A stretch of DNA of 64,000 nt, from contig NC_057718.1 of assembly GCF_004010195.1 (NCBI RefSeq), forward strand, positions 22,099,714 to 22,163,713. Reading direction: 5' to 3'. The translations under genes and the position numbers were made by a program. Positions 1 to 13,400 of this stretch are shown piece after piece; within the stretch, counting starts at the first letter, position 1, and each line of letters starts with the position of its first letter. Source of the DNA: Chiloscyllium plagiosum (taxonomy: Eukaryota). The notes under the pieces were generated by a model, which was not told the origin of the DNA, did no database searches, and worked only from the letters and a program-made list of their open reading frames with translations.

Positions 1-57
1 GGTGTTGTGTGATTTTTAACTTTGTTCATCCCAGTCCAACAGCAGCACCTCCACATC
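1..57 (+). mobile_element. 3' tail of PLE-type terminal-repeat element, family B (truncated by window start)
   Basis: GGTGTTGTGTGATTTTTAACTTTGTTCATCCCAGTCCAACAGCAGCACCTCCACATC matches the ends of the copies at 3257-3370, 48508-48745 and 61204-61328. Confidence 0.75.
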
Positions 58-82
58 TTTACTTGGGCAGAAAACCTGATCC

Positions 83-392
83 ATGTGGCTAGCACTATTG
101 CCTGGCAGCACTCGGGACCTGGGTTCAATTCCAGCCTTGGGCAACAGTCTGTGTGTAGTTTGCACATTCTGCCTGTGTCTGTGTGAACTTGCTCTGGTTT
201 TCTCCCACAGGCCAAAAATGTGCAGTTTAGGTGCATTGGCCATACTAAATTGTTCATCGTGCCCAGGGGTATGTAGTTTAGGAGGAATTGTCTTGGTAGA
301 CACCGGCTTACGGGGCTGAGTCTGGGTGGGAAGCTGTTTGGAGGACATGATTGGCTGAATAGCCTGCTTCCAGACTGTGGGGATTCTATGAT
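83..392 (+). mobile_element. HE1-type tRNA-derived SINE, older copy
   Basis: B-box-like GGGTTCAATTCC, body similar to 17831-18155, CR1-like tail CTGCTTCCAGACTGTGGGGATTCTATG. Confidence 0.8.
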
Positions 393-395
393 ACA

Positions 396-2163
396 AAACA
401 TAGAACATAGAACATTACAGCGCAGTACAGGCCCTTCGGCCCTCGATGTTGTGCCGACCTGACATACCAATCTGAAGCCCATCTAACCTACACTATTCCA
501 TGTATGTCCATATGCTTGTCCAATGATGACTTAAATGTACTTAAAGTTGGCGAATCTACTACCGTTGCAGGCAAAGCATTCCATACCCTTACTACTCTCT
601 GAGTAAAGAAACTACCTCTGATATCTGTCCTATATCTATCACCCCTCAATTTAAAGCTATATCCCCTCATGCTCGCCATCACCATACTTGGAAAAAGGCT
701 CTCCCTCTCCACCCTATCTAACCCTCTGATTATCTTCTATGTCTCTATTAAGTCACCTCTCAACCTTCTTTTCTCTAATGAAAACAGCCTCAAGTCCCTC
801 AGCCTTTCCTCGTAAGACCTTCCCTCCACAACAGGCAACATTCTAGTAAATCTCCTCTGCACCCTTTCCAAGCTTCCAGATCCTTCTTATAATGCGGTGA
901 CCAGAACTGTACACAATACTCCAACTGCGGTCGCACCAGAGTTTGTACAGCTGCAGCATAACCTCATGGTTCCGGAACTCGATCCCTCTATTAATAAAAG
1001 CTAAAACACTGTATGCCTTCTTAACAACCCTGTCAACCTGGGTGGCAATTTTCAAGGATCTGTGTACCTGGACACCAAGATCTCTCTGCTCATCTACACT
1101 ACCAAGAATCTTACCATTTGCCCAGTAATTTGCAATCCGGTTACTCCGACCAAAGTGAATCACTTCACACTTGTCTGCATTAAACTCCTTTTGCCACCTC
1201 TCAGCCCAGCTCTGCAGCTTACCTATGTGTCTCTGTAACCTACAACATCCTTCATCACTATCCACAACTCCACCGACCTTAGTGCCGTCTGCAAATTTAC
1301 TAACCCACCTTTCTACGCCCTCATCCAGGTTGTTTATAAAAATGACGAACAGCAGTGGACCCAACACCGACCCTTGCGGTACACCACTGGTAATTGGACT
1401 CCAGGATGAACATTTCCCATCAACCACCACCCTCTGTCTTCTTTCAGCAAGCTAATTACTGATCCAAACTGCTATATCTACCACAATCCCATTCTTCCGC
1501 ATTTTGTATAATAGCTTACTGTGGGGAGCCTTATCGAACGCCTTGCTGAAATTCATATATACCACATCAACCAGTTTATTCTCATCTACCTGTTTGGTCA
1601 TCTTCTCAAAGAACTCAACAAGGTTTGTGACTCACGACCTACCGTTCACAAAACCGTGCTGACTATCTCTAATCAAATTATTCTTTTCTAGATGATTATA
1701 AATCCTATCTTTTATAACCTTTTCCAACACTCTACCAACAACTGAAGTAAGGCTCACTGATCTATAATTACCAGGGTTGTCTCTACTTCCCTTCTTGATC
1801 AGGGGAACCACATTTGCTATCCTCCAGTCTTCTGGCACTGTTCCTGTAGACAATGACGATTTAAAGGTCAATGCCAAAGGCTCGGCAATCTCCTCCCTGG
1901 CTTTCCAGAGGATCCTAGGATAAATACCATCCGGCCCAGGGGACTTATCTATTTTCACACTCTGTAGGATTTCTAATACCTCTTCCTTGTGAACCTCAAT
2001 CACACCTAGTCTAGTAGCCTGTATCTCAGTATTCTCCTCGACAACATTGTGGTTTTCTAGAGTGAATACTGTCAAAAAATATTCATTAAGTGCTTCCCCT
2101 ATCTCCTCTGACTCCACACACAACTTCCCACTACTATCCTTGATTGGCCCTAATTTTACTCTC
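396..2163 (-). mobile_element. CR1 LINE, 5'-truncated, ORF2 RT region with stops/frameshifts
   Basis: Minus-strand ORFs KSPGPDGIYPRIL, PGNYRSVSLTS, GVPQGSVLGPLLF, SKFADGTK, FFTQRVVRVWNALP; (TTCTATG)n 3' tail at about 396-415. Confidence 0.95.
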
Positions 2164-3256
2164 AGGAGTAGGATTGGATCATGAGACAGAACCAACTTTG
2201 TTTTCGAGGGTGACTGCAGCCCTTGGTTTCTGAGCTATTTGTTCTTGATATGCATTCTAGATGGTTTGGAAACTTAATTAAAATCTTCAAATAATGAAAT
2301 AACAAATGTTGCAATGATCAGTATTCATTAATGACTTAAGTCTTGTGTGTGGATAGTTTTCTCAATGTGCAGCACAATGACACAGAATTTACCATGGAAC
2401 AAGGCCTGTGTGGTACCTTTCAGGTTGCATGTTTGGACCCATATGGAATGGATTTCCAGGGTTGTTAGGTAAAAGTTAACTTGGAGCATAGTTTTTTAAT
2501 ACACTAGGCACAAGCCACATGTGGCCACTTGGGAAAACAAGCACATAATTTCCTGTATGATATTTTCTATGGTTGCAGTATCCTTGCAGTATATCTAATC
2601 ATTAATTCATTCACACTATTGCTAAATGTGAAGTGAAAATCAATTTTCACTGTAATGAGCAGCAAATGTATATTGAAAAGAATCACAGCTGTCTTTGGGT
2701 CTCACCAGACTCTGTAATTATAACTTAAAATGTGAACAAATGATATGCAACTGTTGAAATGTGTCCATGCTATTATATCTTAATATCTAACTACAGTTTT
2801 AAGAATGGAAAAATAAAGGTAAATTATGATTTAACAGTTAGAATTAAAATACCTGTTTGGGTATCAATGTATTCAAGAAAGGCTTCAGATATCTGTGGCT
2901 GCTTACAGACTCTTCTATTTGTCATGCTTTGCAATTATTGGTGCTTGGGCAATTATAGTATAAGACCAAAGGTACGTAAACAGGCATTTCCCTATGATTT
3001 GACGGCAACCGGAATGAATAATTATTGCATATCAATGGGGAGTTCTACAATGTAGTTAATATTGTTTAAGGTGATGGACCATTGAAATTCTTGTCTCACG
3101 AGTATTGGAGAGAAGGATATCATAACAGCTTTAAAGGAAAGCAATATATCTGATACTCTTCCATCCTTCATTAGCCTTGGTTCACAAGGGATTGTAGGCC
3201 TCTCTGTCTGTTTTGGAGAGGGACAAAATGGTTAAAGCTCAAGGGAAACCTGTCCA

Positions 3257-3372
3257 TTTTTGGAGCGCTGCTCCTTCATCAGATAGCTGTGAGGCAGGAT
3301 TGTAAGACACAGAATTTATGAATGATTTTTAACTTTGTCCACCCCAGTCCAACACTGGCATCTCCACATCAC
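3257..3372. mobile_element. Family B PLE terminal-repeat remnant with degenerate minus-strand hammerhead
   Basis: TTTTGGAGCGCTGCTCCTTCATCAG (reverse complement CTGATGAAGGAGCAGCGCTCCAAAA) followed by the family B tail. Confidence 0.65.
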
Positions 3373-3564
3373 ATTATGTATAGCAGACCAGGAGTCTTTT
3401 CTGCTCATCCTGCCTGCCATGGGCTTGTTGAAAGGATTAGCAGGTTGATTATCAGCATGTTTAGCTGCATCGTGAAAGCTTCTTCAATGCCCAGAAGACC
3501 TGGAGCAGAACCTAAACCCAGAGAATCTGGCTCAGAGACAGGAGTCTTTTTGATACTGTTAGTG

Positions 3565-4212
3565 TAAAAAGAAAAAAGAAAAGAACTTGCATTTTTACAG
3601 GTGTCCTTTGTGATCTCAAGACGTTCTAACTTTACAAATAATAAGCAATTTAGCAATTTAGTTATTGCTGTAACGCATTAGCCAATTTGTGTACAGCAGA
3701 TAAAAGTAAAGATAATGTCACTATGGTCCCACTCCCTCATTAGACTGGTGGTGGTTTAACCTTAGAATTTCCATACCTCAGGGTTGGGAAAGGTTGACAA
3801 AGAGAGTCCTTCATGGTAACCTCAACATTCATGGTACTTGAACCCACACTATTGGCATGGTTGTGTAATGCAAATCAGCCATCCAGCCAACTGAGCTAAC
3901 CAACCTCTCGCCAAGCTGCCACAAGCAGAATGAGGTAATAATCAAATAATTGTTCTTATGCTATTGGTTGAGAGATAAGCATTTTCTGGGCTATCAGAAA
4001 GAATTCTTCCAATCTTCTTTAAGGTAGAACCATTGTTCACATTCTCCTTAAATAGCCCTCCCTTCAACATCTCATCCAAAAGGTGGAATCTCTGAAAGTC
4101 CAAAAATCTCTCAGTAGTGCACTGAAATGTCAGCCTAGATTTTCTAATCATGTTTCTGGAGTAGGACTTCAACGGAAATCTTTAAGACTTCAGATAAATT
4201 ACGGCTGACACC
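3565..4212 (-). mobile_element. DeuSINE/SacSINE1-like SINE interrupted by a second SINE
   Basis: Similar in reverse orientation to 47520-47900; minus-strand tail AAATGCAAGTTCTTTTC; ACATCTCATCCAAAAG and GCACTGAAATGTCAGCCTAGATTTT segments. Confidence 0.6.
3705..3905 (-). mobile_element. tRNA-derived SINE, family 2
   Basis: Minus strand begins GGTTAGCTCAGTTGGCTGGATGGCTG, with GGGTTCAAGTACC B-box; relatives at 17645-17770 and 53765-53990. Confidence 0.7.
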
Positions 4213-4267
4213 ATTCATAAACGCACATGGAGAAATTTTTCCCATACTTTTAATTGTCTAGACTTAT

Positions 4268-5385
4268 GTCATAGAGTCTTACAGTCAAAGGGATACACGG
4301 AAATAGACCCTTCAATCCAAATCTTCCATGCCGACCAGATATCCTATACAAATCTAGTCCCATTTGCCAGCATTTGGCCCATCTCCCTCTAAACCCTTTC
4401 TGGTCATATACCCATCCAGATGCGCTTTAAATGGTGTAATTGTACTAGCCTCCCCGACTTTGTCTGGCGGCTCATTCCATACACACACTATCAACTTTGT
4501 GAAAACGTTGCCCCTTAGAACCCTTTCATATCTTTCGCCTCTCACCTTAAACCTATGCCCCCGAGTTTTGGACTCCCCTACCGTGGAGAGAAAACCTTGT
4601 CTATTTACCCTATCCATGTCCCTCATGATTTTATAAACCACTATAAGGTCACCCCTCAGCCTCAGGTGCTCCAAGGAAAACAGCCCCAGCCTATTTATCC
4701 TCTCCTGATAGTAAAAATCCTCCAACCCTGCAACATCCTTGTAAATCTTTTCTGAATCCTTTCAAAATCATGTCTCACAAACTTGTTCGGGTTTTTTGAG
4801 GAAGTAACAAAGAGGATTGATGAGGGCAGTGCGGTGGATGTGATCTATATGGACTTCAGTAAGGTGTTCGACAAGGTTCCCCATGGGAGACTGGTTAGCA
4901 AGGTTAGATCTCAAGGAATGCAGGGAGAACTAGCCATTTGAATACAGAACTGGCTCAAAGGTAGAAGACAGAGGATGGTTGTGGAGGGTTGTTTTTCAGA
5001 CTGGACTCCAGTGACCATGGAGTGCCACAAGGATCGGTGCTGGGTCCACTACTTTTTGTAATTTACATAACATGAGCTCCCAACCTCTATTCTCAATGCA
5101 CTGACTGCTAAAGGCAAGCATACCAAATGCCTTCTTCACTATCCTATCTACCTGCAACTCCACGTCCAAGGTCTTTTTGTTCAGCAACACTTCCCAAGAC
5201 CTTACCATTAAGTGTATAAGTCCTGTCCTGATTTGCCTTTCCAAATGCAGTGCCTTACATTTATCTAAATTAAACCCCACCTGCCACTTCCATGCCCATT
5301 GTCCCATCTGATCAAGATCCTGTTGTATTCCGAGGTATCCTTCCTAACTGTCCACTATATCTCCAACTTTAGCGTTATCTGCAAT
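4268..5385 (-). mobile_element. CR1 LINE 3' portion with an internal inverted RT segment (4765-5070, + strand)
   Basis: Minus ORFs RLRGDLIVVYKIM and KWQVGFNLDKC; plus-strand SCLTNL..YMDFSKVFDKVPH segment between them. Confidence 0.9.
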
Positions 5386-5929
5386 ATTAGCCATTCGCCA
5401 ATTCACCATCAGTTTTAATTTAACTGTGGTAAACTTGAGGAGGTAGCTGTTAATGGCTCAGTTTGTTCAGAGAATGAGAAGCTCAGGGGAAGGACCAAGA
5501 GTATCCCTTGTTTGACACTCAAACTGATGCTAATTTTAGCTGCTAGTAAAGTCCGTGTTGTTAGTCTCAGTATCCCTGGGATTGCAAGGGATTGCTATCC
5601 AATATTTCCTGCTTACGGTTAAAAACAGGATTGGTTTCTGTTCTAATGCCCTCTCAGGTTGAAGATTTTGTTCAGGTTATCAAATGATGATGGCTTCTTG
5701 GATACGATGTGAAACATTGGAAAGTCAAAGTCATGTTTCAGCAAAGAATCAATACTTTTGAGAGAGAAGACAATTTAAGCAAAGAATAATAAAGAACTAA
5801 ATAAATGAAGAAGAAAATTAAATTAGTGGGGAAATCTCTATTGGTACAGGCTATGAATAAAACATGTCTATTCTTAAGCTGTAATGTGTGTTAGATAATA
5901 TGGGAGAAATAGAAGAGACTGGTCAAAAT

Positions 5930-6088
5930 CCGGGAACACCCGCTGCCAAACAACATTGTGGACATACCTACACCATATGCACTGCAGCAGTTCAAAAAAG
6001 CAGTTTACTACCACCTTCTCCTGATCTAGTAGGGATTGAGAATAAATGCTAGCCATGTGACTAGTGCTGACATCTCAAGAATGAATAA
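5930..6088 (+). mobile_element. 3' end of CR1/L2-superfamily LINE family 2
   Basis: Matches the 3' end of 27100-28060 (CTGCAGCAGTTCAA...AATAAATGCT...GAATGAATAAA). Confidence 0.65.
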
Positions 6089-8001
6089 AGATGGCATTCA
6101 TTCCCTGCAAATGTCATTCAGTTGGGGCATAATTTTACTCACGCTTGCTGAATCTCCTCTAAAGTGGTGATTTTCAGATCTATCTTCAGGCAGTGAGAGG
6201 TCAGTAAGTTATTTACTGTCAGGCATCATCACTGAGCATAGTTTTGACCTCCTCAAACGTAAATATGGTAAGGATCATGGGATGAAATAGAACGTCCTTT
6301 ATTATCACGTGTATTCAATATAAAATGCAGTGAAAAGTGTGTACCATCGCCGCACTTAGGCGCCATTCACATTAGCTTAGAAGAAAATAATTTTAAAATA
6401 ACTTGAAGAGTGTTCAACTTTCCCTTCTCCGCTGCTACAGCATGCCACAAGCAGATTCCCGCTCCAGGCTTCCCAGCCCATGCCATCCCTGGTCTGGGCT
6501 TCCTAGCCCCCCTTCCGCCATGCTGCTGGCACTGGTTCACTCCATGTGAAAGGGAGTTTCCCACTCCAGGCATCACAGGTTGAGTGACTGATGCTCTAAA
6601 CACACTGCCTCTGAAGACGCCACCGCTCTTTTGGAGCCTATCAAAACTGTCTCCTGCTGAAGAACTCTCTTTATCAGGTAAATTTGAGGAAAAAGGGGAA
6701 GAAGGAAAAAGAAAAAGAAAAAAATGCAGACAAAGCAGACAAGCCCGGTTACAGGAGCTCGTGCGCTGCCTATTGTGACACTGCCATCTTTGATAATGCC
6801 AGGAGCAAGAATCTGGTTGAAGTTATCCATACCTTACTATTGATAATGGTTCTCATTGGACCTTTACCATTTGAACAAGTGAGATTAGTACACTTGTGAA
6901 ACATGAGGTTTTGTTGATTTTTGAAGCTCACGTGCAGACCATATGGGCATTTAGCAACAGAGCTTACTGCAGACGTAATTAAGGATGTAAGGATTTTGTA
7001 CCATGCTACCTGCTCCCACACAACCTGACACATTTCTACTCCTTGGAAAACTCCTTGGATATTATTTGTTCTGCAAGACCAAAGCTGCATTCCAAATATT
7101 GACTGTTGAGGGAGATAGGGAAAAAACAAAGTTGTGAGTTATAGAAATTTGGGTTGTCTGTGGGTGATTTATTGAGGTGTTAATCGTTTTGGTTGCTCCT
7201 CCAACAAACAGTCTTGAGTTATTGCCTTTTGTAGGTGTTGATTTGCACTGCATTATATCCTTTTTGTATGATAGTATAACTCAATAGGTATAACAGTGCC
7301 TCTTGTGACCCATCAGTATGAACTTTCTGTGATAATACTTCTTCATGTTGGTGGATCAACTGGTCTGGTATGCAAAGTAATTCCAAACAATTCTAACTTG
7401 CTTTCTCACTTTCTTATGCTGCATGACTACCTTATAGCATCCTATTTTCATTGCTTATATTTCCATATTTTTTCTGCTGTTCCCAATCAGAGAACGAATG
7501 CTTGCTAAGCACATTGCTCAGCACCTAGGGTCAGTGATCTCAGCTGACAGATTCCCTTGTCGAGCTATGTGACCTTGGAGCTAGCCAAATTTTCCAGGAC
7601 TCCAAGCATTGAACTGCATGATTGGCATCCACAACCAAATAATATTGCATAGATAAGAGCTGAGGCCCAATTTTTAATGAACCTTAGGCTTTCCTCCTCA
7701 GGTACGGGTGTTTCACAAACACTGTCCACTTTGCATCTGTTTCTGACAGAAGACAAATTCACCAGGTCAAATAGTAATTCTCATCAGCAATGTGAAACAA
7801 CAAGAAAGATAAGTCGAAAAGAAATTGAAAAAAACACGTCATGGTGAATTAGCATAGCAACAGTTTCAGGACAAAACTAGTTAACCGTTGGTCCACATAA
7901 TTTCCTTAATTACTCTGCTTTCACCCTGAATCTGATTTGTTGACAAGAACCTGGCTAGTTTGCTGTTGGAACACATTCATATTTCTTGTTCCCCTGCTTG
8001 T

Positions 8002-8024
8002 TATATATATATATATATATATAT
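8002..8024. repeat. (AT)n microsatellite
   Basis: TATATATATATATATATATATA. Confidence 0.9.
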
Positions 8025-9109
8025 AATTACACAAGTGAAATTCTTAAGGTTCTTTTCAAATAATGCTTTTTTTAAAATATATTTTTATTTAAAAAATGAA
8101 TTTTTTTTCTTTTGAATATTACAAATACAAAACCGAACAATTCAAACCAATATTAAAAACAAACTCAATAATCACATAGATAAACAAATAATAGCTAAGC
8201 TAAAAAAGGAAAATCTTAACAGTAATAATAGTAATAATAATAACACAGCTCAGCAAAACAAAGCAATACCCCTTGATCATCGAGCGCATAAGTTTATACA
8301 TATTCATAGTTCTTATTCCTCCTCTCTGGATACCAGATTCAATACATAGAATTGCCATAGCTGTATAAAGGCCCTTACTCGTATGGTGGACAAATCTGTA
8401 TCCAGGAAGTCCATAAACGGCCACCATGTCTTATAGAAATTCTCTGTTTTATGGTACACCATACTCGTAAGAAAGTCCAAGGGGATGTGCTCCATGACTA
8501 GCTTATGCCAGCCCACCAGCCCCAGGGGATTTTCCGACACCCACCCGAATAGAATGTTCTTTCTTGCGCAAAAAGTGAGGATACCGAAAAGGCTTTTTTT
8601 GTGTGTGCATCTAATGAAAGTGAATCTCCACTTTCATCCCAAAGGCCTTCTCTATTTCGCCTACCACAGCGCTCCAGTGTGTCCGCAGTCTGTGGCAGGA
8701 CCAAAGACAATAAGGAAGCGTGCCCATGCTCACTTTACATTTAAGACACATTGGAGATGCTCCAGCTTTAAACTTAGCGAGGTGGTCTGGGGCCAAACGT
8801 ACCCTGTGGAGATTCTTCAATTGCAAGGCATGGGTCCTGTTGCAAATCGAGATCCTTCTTGCATTTTCCCAGATATCCTTCCATATTTCAGAAGAGATCT
8901 CAATGTCCAATTCCCTCTCCCACACCTTACAGAGCCGTTCAGTCTTGTCCAAGGGGCCCTCTCCCAATAGATGATAAGCGTTGCTAACAGATAACGTACC
9001 TTCAGCACTCAATATCCTCCTCTCCAAGTCGGACCTCGAAGGATCAGTTAGAAGTGTGGTCTCTTTTTATATGAAATTTCTAATTTGAAAGAAAAAAGTT
9101 CCCTACTTG

Positions 9110-9252
9110 TGATTTGGAGATGCTGGTGTTGGACTGGGGTGTACAAAGTTAAAAATCACACACCAGGTTATAGTCCAACAGGTTTAATTGGAAGTTAGTG
9201 TGCTTCCAATTAAACCTGTTGGACTATAACCTGGTGTTGTGTGATTTTTAAC
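9110..9252. mobile_element. Family B fold-back insertion (hammerhead core deleted) nested in the L1
   Basis: Inverted arms of about 50 bp; TSD TTCCCTACTTG at 9099-9109 and 9253-9263. Confidence 0.85.
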
Positions 9253-9797
9253 TTCCCTACTTGGCAATTCATATTTCTGAGCCAGCTGATCAAAGGACAT
9301 CAATATGTCTCCTGCGAATAAATTACGGAAGCAAGACATGCCCTGAGCAGCACATAGTTTAAACCCAGAGTCCACCATCCCTGTCTGAAAGCCCGGCAGA
9401 CTAACAATGGGTGTCAAAAATGATGTTTTCGCAATATTGCTCTCACCCTGACGCATTGCCCACCACGCCTTGACAGCATTGATGACTATTGAACTATGGC
9501 AATATTCCTTAACTGTCCTCATTTTGTTTAAGAATAGCAGGCTAATGAGGAGGCATCTTGTCTGAGATGCTTCAATGTCCAATCAAAGTGAGTGAGGGTC
9601 CCCCTGGGCCCAATCATGTAATGAGCTTAATTGATAGGTTTTGATATCTGGGAGGCCCACTCCTCTCAGTCTGGAAGGTAACTACAGTTTAGTCAATTTA
9701 ATTAGGGGCCATTTGCAATACCAGATGAAAGAACTGAACCAGCCATTCAGTCTTCTAAGTATTTGCTTAGTAAAAATCAGAGGAAGCATTCACATAG

Positions 9798-10411
9798 TGT
9801 TATGCATGAGGCCAGACCACGCAAAACATGCTTAAGCAGGCAGCCTAGATCATAACTTTGCAATTTGTTTAGGTATGTTTACAATGAAAATTACCCGGAT
9901 TATGTTAGCGAGGTTGACTACCAGGTTTAAAACAGACAAAACATTTATTCACAAAATTACACAATGAAACACAAAGAACAGAATAAAGAACCCATGCAGA
10001 ACTCAGTCTATCCAAACTAGACTTAATTACGCTGTTTCGAATATACACAACAGTCCCAATAAGCAAACTCCCTTTAAAACCCAGTAATAAATGGAACACA
10101 TGCTTACAGGTTGAAGTTGAAGGGCAGAAAGAGAGAAAGAGTTTCCACACAGCTCCCCGTTGAACTCCTCACCAGTTCAAGACTGAACTAAACTGCTCAG
10201 CTAGAGAGCTAACCACTCTCCTTTCATTATACAGGTCACTTCTAAAACGTGACCACTTTGGCCTGAAGTCTGATCTGTTTACATATAAACAAAAGGCCTC
10301 TCAAAATCCTTTCCATCTCTGTACCAAACCATCTCTGAAAAAGATCAAGGACAGGGTATCCTTAAGCCAAAGAACAGCTTTTAGAACAAAAAAGGGACTA
10401 GCTTTGTGACA
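9798..10411 (-). mobile_element. Solo LTR (Gypsy-like) nested in L1 ORF2
   Basis: TG..CA ends (TGTTATG/TGTGACA), 4-bp TSD ATAG (9794-9797, 10412-10415); homologous to 36476-37522 in opposite orientation. Confidence 0.88.
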
Positions 10412-13400
10412 ATAGGATACAACAGGTGGGGCAGAATGTTCATTTTAATGAGGGCTATCCAACCTAACCAAGAGATCAGAAGCACCTCCCATCTGCAAAG
10501 GTCCTGCTTGGTTCTATGGAATAAATGGACAAAATTGGCTTTAATTAGCCAATCAAAAACGGGAGTAATGAATATACCTAAGTAAAGAAAGCCCTCCTGT
10601 GACCATCTAAAAGGGAATTGAGATCCACCCTCAGGATCAGGCACTTTTGGGAGACCACACATGGGCATGGCCTCTGATTTCACAAAATTGATCTTATAAC
10701 CTGAGAAGCCACCAAATAAATTGATGTATTGTATCAGGTATGGCACTGAGACATTTGGGTTTGATAAGAAGACAAGAACGTCATCCGTATACAGTGCGAT
10801 CCTATGTGACTTCGTCCCCACTTCAAGAGTGGTTATTGCTTCTGCCAGCAGTTCAATCACCAATGTGAAAAGCATTGGAGACAAGGGACAGTCTTGTCGA
10901 CTGCCGGTACAAATATTAAAATTGCTTGATTGTACACTGTTGTTGAGGACCACAGCAAGAGGATCACTCTACAAAACCTCCACCCACCTGATGAAGGTCT
11001 CTCCCAGGCCAAACCACTTCAAAGTATAAAAAAGATATGGCCACTCGACCCTGTCAGATGCCTTTTCCGCATCCAGGGTGATCACCAATCCCTGTACTAA
11101 TCTTCGTTGACATACTTGGACCGTGGTAAGTAATCTGCTGTCATTATCCATTGATTTGTGACCTTTTATGAACTTTGCCTGATCCTCCTTAATGATGGAG
11201 GGCAGTACAGTTTCTAGCCTTATTGCCAGAGTCTTAGACAGGATTTTGAAATCGACATTCAGGAGTGAAATGGGCCTTTAGGGAGCACAGTTCTCCGGGC
11301 CTTCCCTTTTTTAAGACTGTGAGAGATGTTTGCCTCTCTTAGAGATGGTGGGAGGAGGCCACGACTATTTGAATCATTAAGCATACTAAGCATTGGCCCT
11401 GTCAATATACTTATAAATTCCTTGTAGAACTCACTGGGGAGCCCATCAGGACCCGGTGCCTTTCCATTCTGGAGCTGCCTCACAGCCTCCTGCACCTCTT
11501 GCTCTGACAACGGGGCATTGAGGAGAGACTCTTGTTCAGGGCTCATACCCGGAATGTCCAAATTCATAAAAAATGATTCCATCCTTTAATTAGCCTCTCA
11601 CAGCTTTCAGATTGGTATAATTCAGAGTAAAATTTCCAAAGTGTTGCATTAATCCTTTCAGAACTGTAGGTTAAATTTCCAGTGTCCTCTCTGATCAAGG
11701 CAATGGCTTGGGAGGCAATCCTTTTGCTAACAAGGTACGCTACGTACTTGCCCGGCTCATCCCTATACTCAAACAGCCTTTGATTTGCAACTGTAAGCTC
11801 CCTCTTGGCTGTACGTGTGAGCATGGAGTCCAGTGTAGACTGAAGCGCTGTGAACCTCTATAGTTTAACCAGTGAGAGACTGTCAAAGTATGCCTTTTCA
11901 GCTACTTTCTGATGCGTCCCAAGTAAGCATTGCTGCTCACCTGTCTGCCGCTTCTTACTGGCTGAATAGGAAATAACCAAGTCCCTAGCATAGGCTTTAG
12001 CTGTTTGCCAAAGGATGGTTGGGCTATTGGTCAAGACTGAATTAATATCTAAAAAAAGCCCTGAACCCAGTAGAAAAGAATTCAATAAACTTGCTACCCT
12101 CGAGGATGAAGGGGTCCAGTCGCCAGTGCCTCGAGCCTACCACAGTATCCTTACTCTTGACCATTAAATACACTGGAGCGTGATCGAGAATAGTGATCAG
12201 AGAGGACACTGGAAATTTAACCTACAGTTCTGAAAGGATTAAATGCCAATTGTACATGATGCCACCGAGCCCAGATGTGCTGCGGGTGTCAGAAAAAGAT
12301 CAATCCTGGTATGGCGTTTATGTGGGTTCGAAAAGAACGTGAAGTCTCTGCCAGTAGGGTGAAGGTGCCTCCAAACATCTGCCAACACCAATTCAGCACA
12401 CAGATCCCTTAATTGTTTCAATTGCAAACAAGATATCAGCAGACCTTTGGGCAATCTGTCTAGCGTAGGGTCTATGAGACAATTAAAATCCCCTCCTACG
12501 ATAATATGTTGAAATGCAAGGTTAACCAGTCGAGAATTTAAGGGGGTGGGCTGGGGTCGGTAAACATTTATGATCCCGTATCCTTTCCCATGTATCAAAG
12601 CTTTAAGGATTACAAATCTCCCGTGTGTGTCTTTAGTGCACTCTAACAACTTAAATGGGAGATTCTTTCTAACTAAAATGGCCACTCCTCTACTTCTCGT
12701 ATAGAAAGATGAAAAATAAACCCGGTCAAACCCATTTTGTTGCAGCTTCAAATGCTCTGCATCATCCAAGTGTGTATCTTGGAATAAGGCAACATCCACC
12801 CTCTCCCTTTTAAGGCTGGAAAGTACCTTGTTCCTCTTGACAGGTGAATAACTCCACTTGATATTCCAGGTGCACCATTTAAGCACATCCTTAGTCACAA
12901 TCTTCTACAGCACCATTTAGACTCCAGAGAGGAAGAACCCGAACTACCAATCACTGAGCTTTAATGCAAAAGAATTCACAAAACCCACAGACTAAAATAA
13001 CTACAGCCAACAAATCTACAAAACTTATAAAAACTATATATAGATAAAACAGAAAAACAAAACAATTGCCAAAGGCACTGATTGAAGGAATTTACCACCC
13101 ATTCAAAGGAGATACCCAAACATCCTACAACTTACTAACCATCTCAACTGCCCTCTCAACTCCTACCAGCTAGGGCTGTGCCACCTACACCGACCACCTG
13201 GTAGAGAAAAAGAAAACCAAAAGCAAGATTAGTACTATAAACAAGTAAACTAAAAATAAATATGTCACCCTTCCCTTAACATAACTTAGAGATTGAAGAT
13301 AAATACTCTATCTATCCCAAACATCATTTCACACAACTTATTACTCGAAAGGAAAATTCACCAAGTCCTTTTTATAGGAGAACAAATCCCAACAACTCTG

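Noticed and set aside
6290..6780. GC-richer segment whose left end resembles the Rex1-like tail in reverse
   Set aside because: Similarity limited to about 30 bp; probably a repeat but cannot be classified by eye
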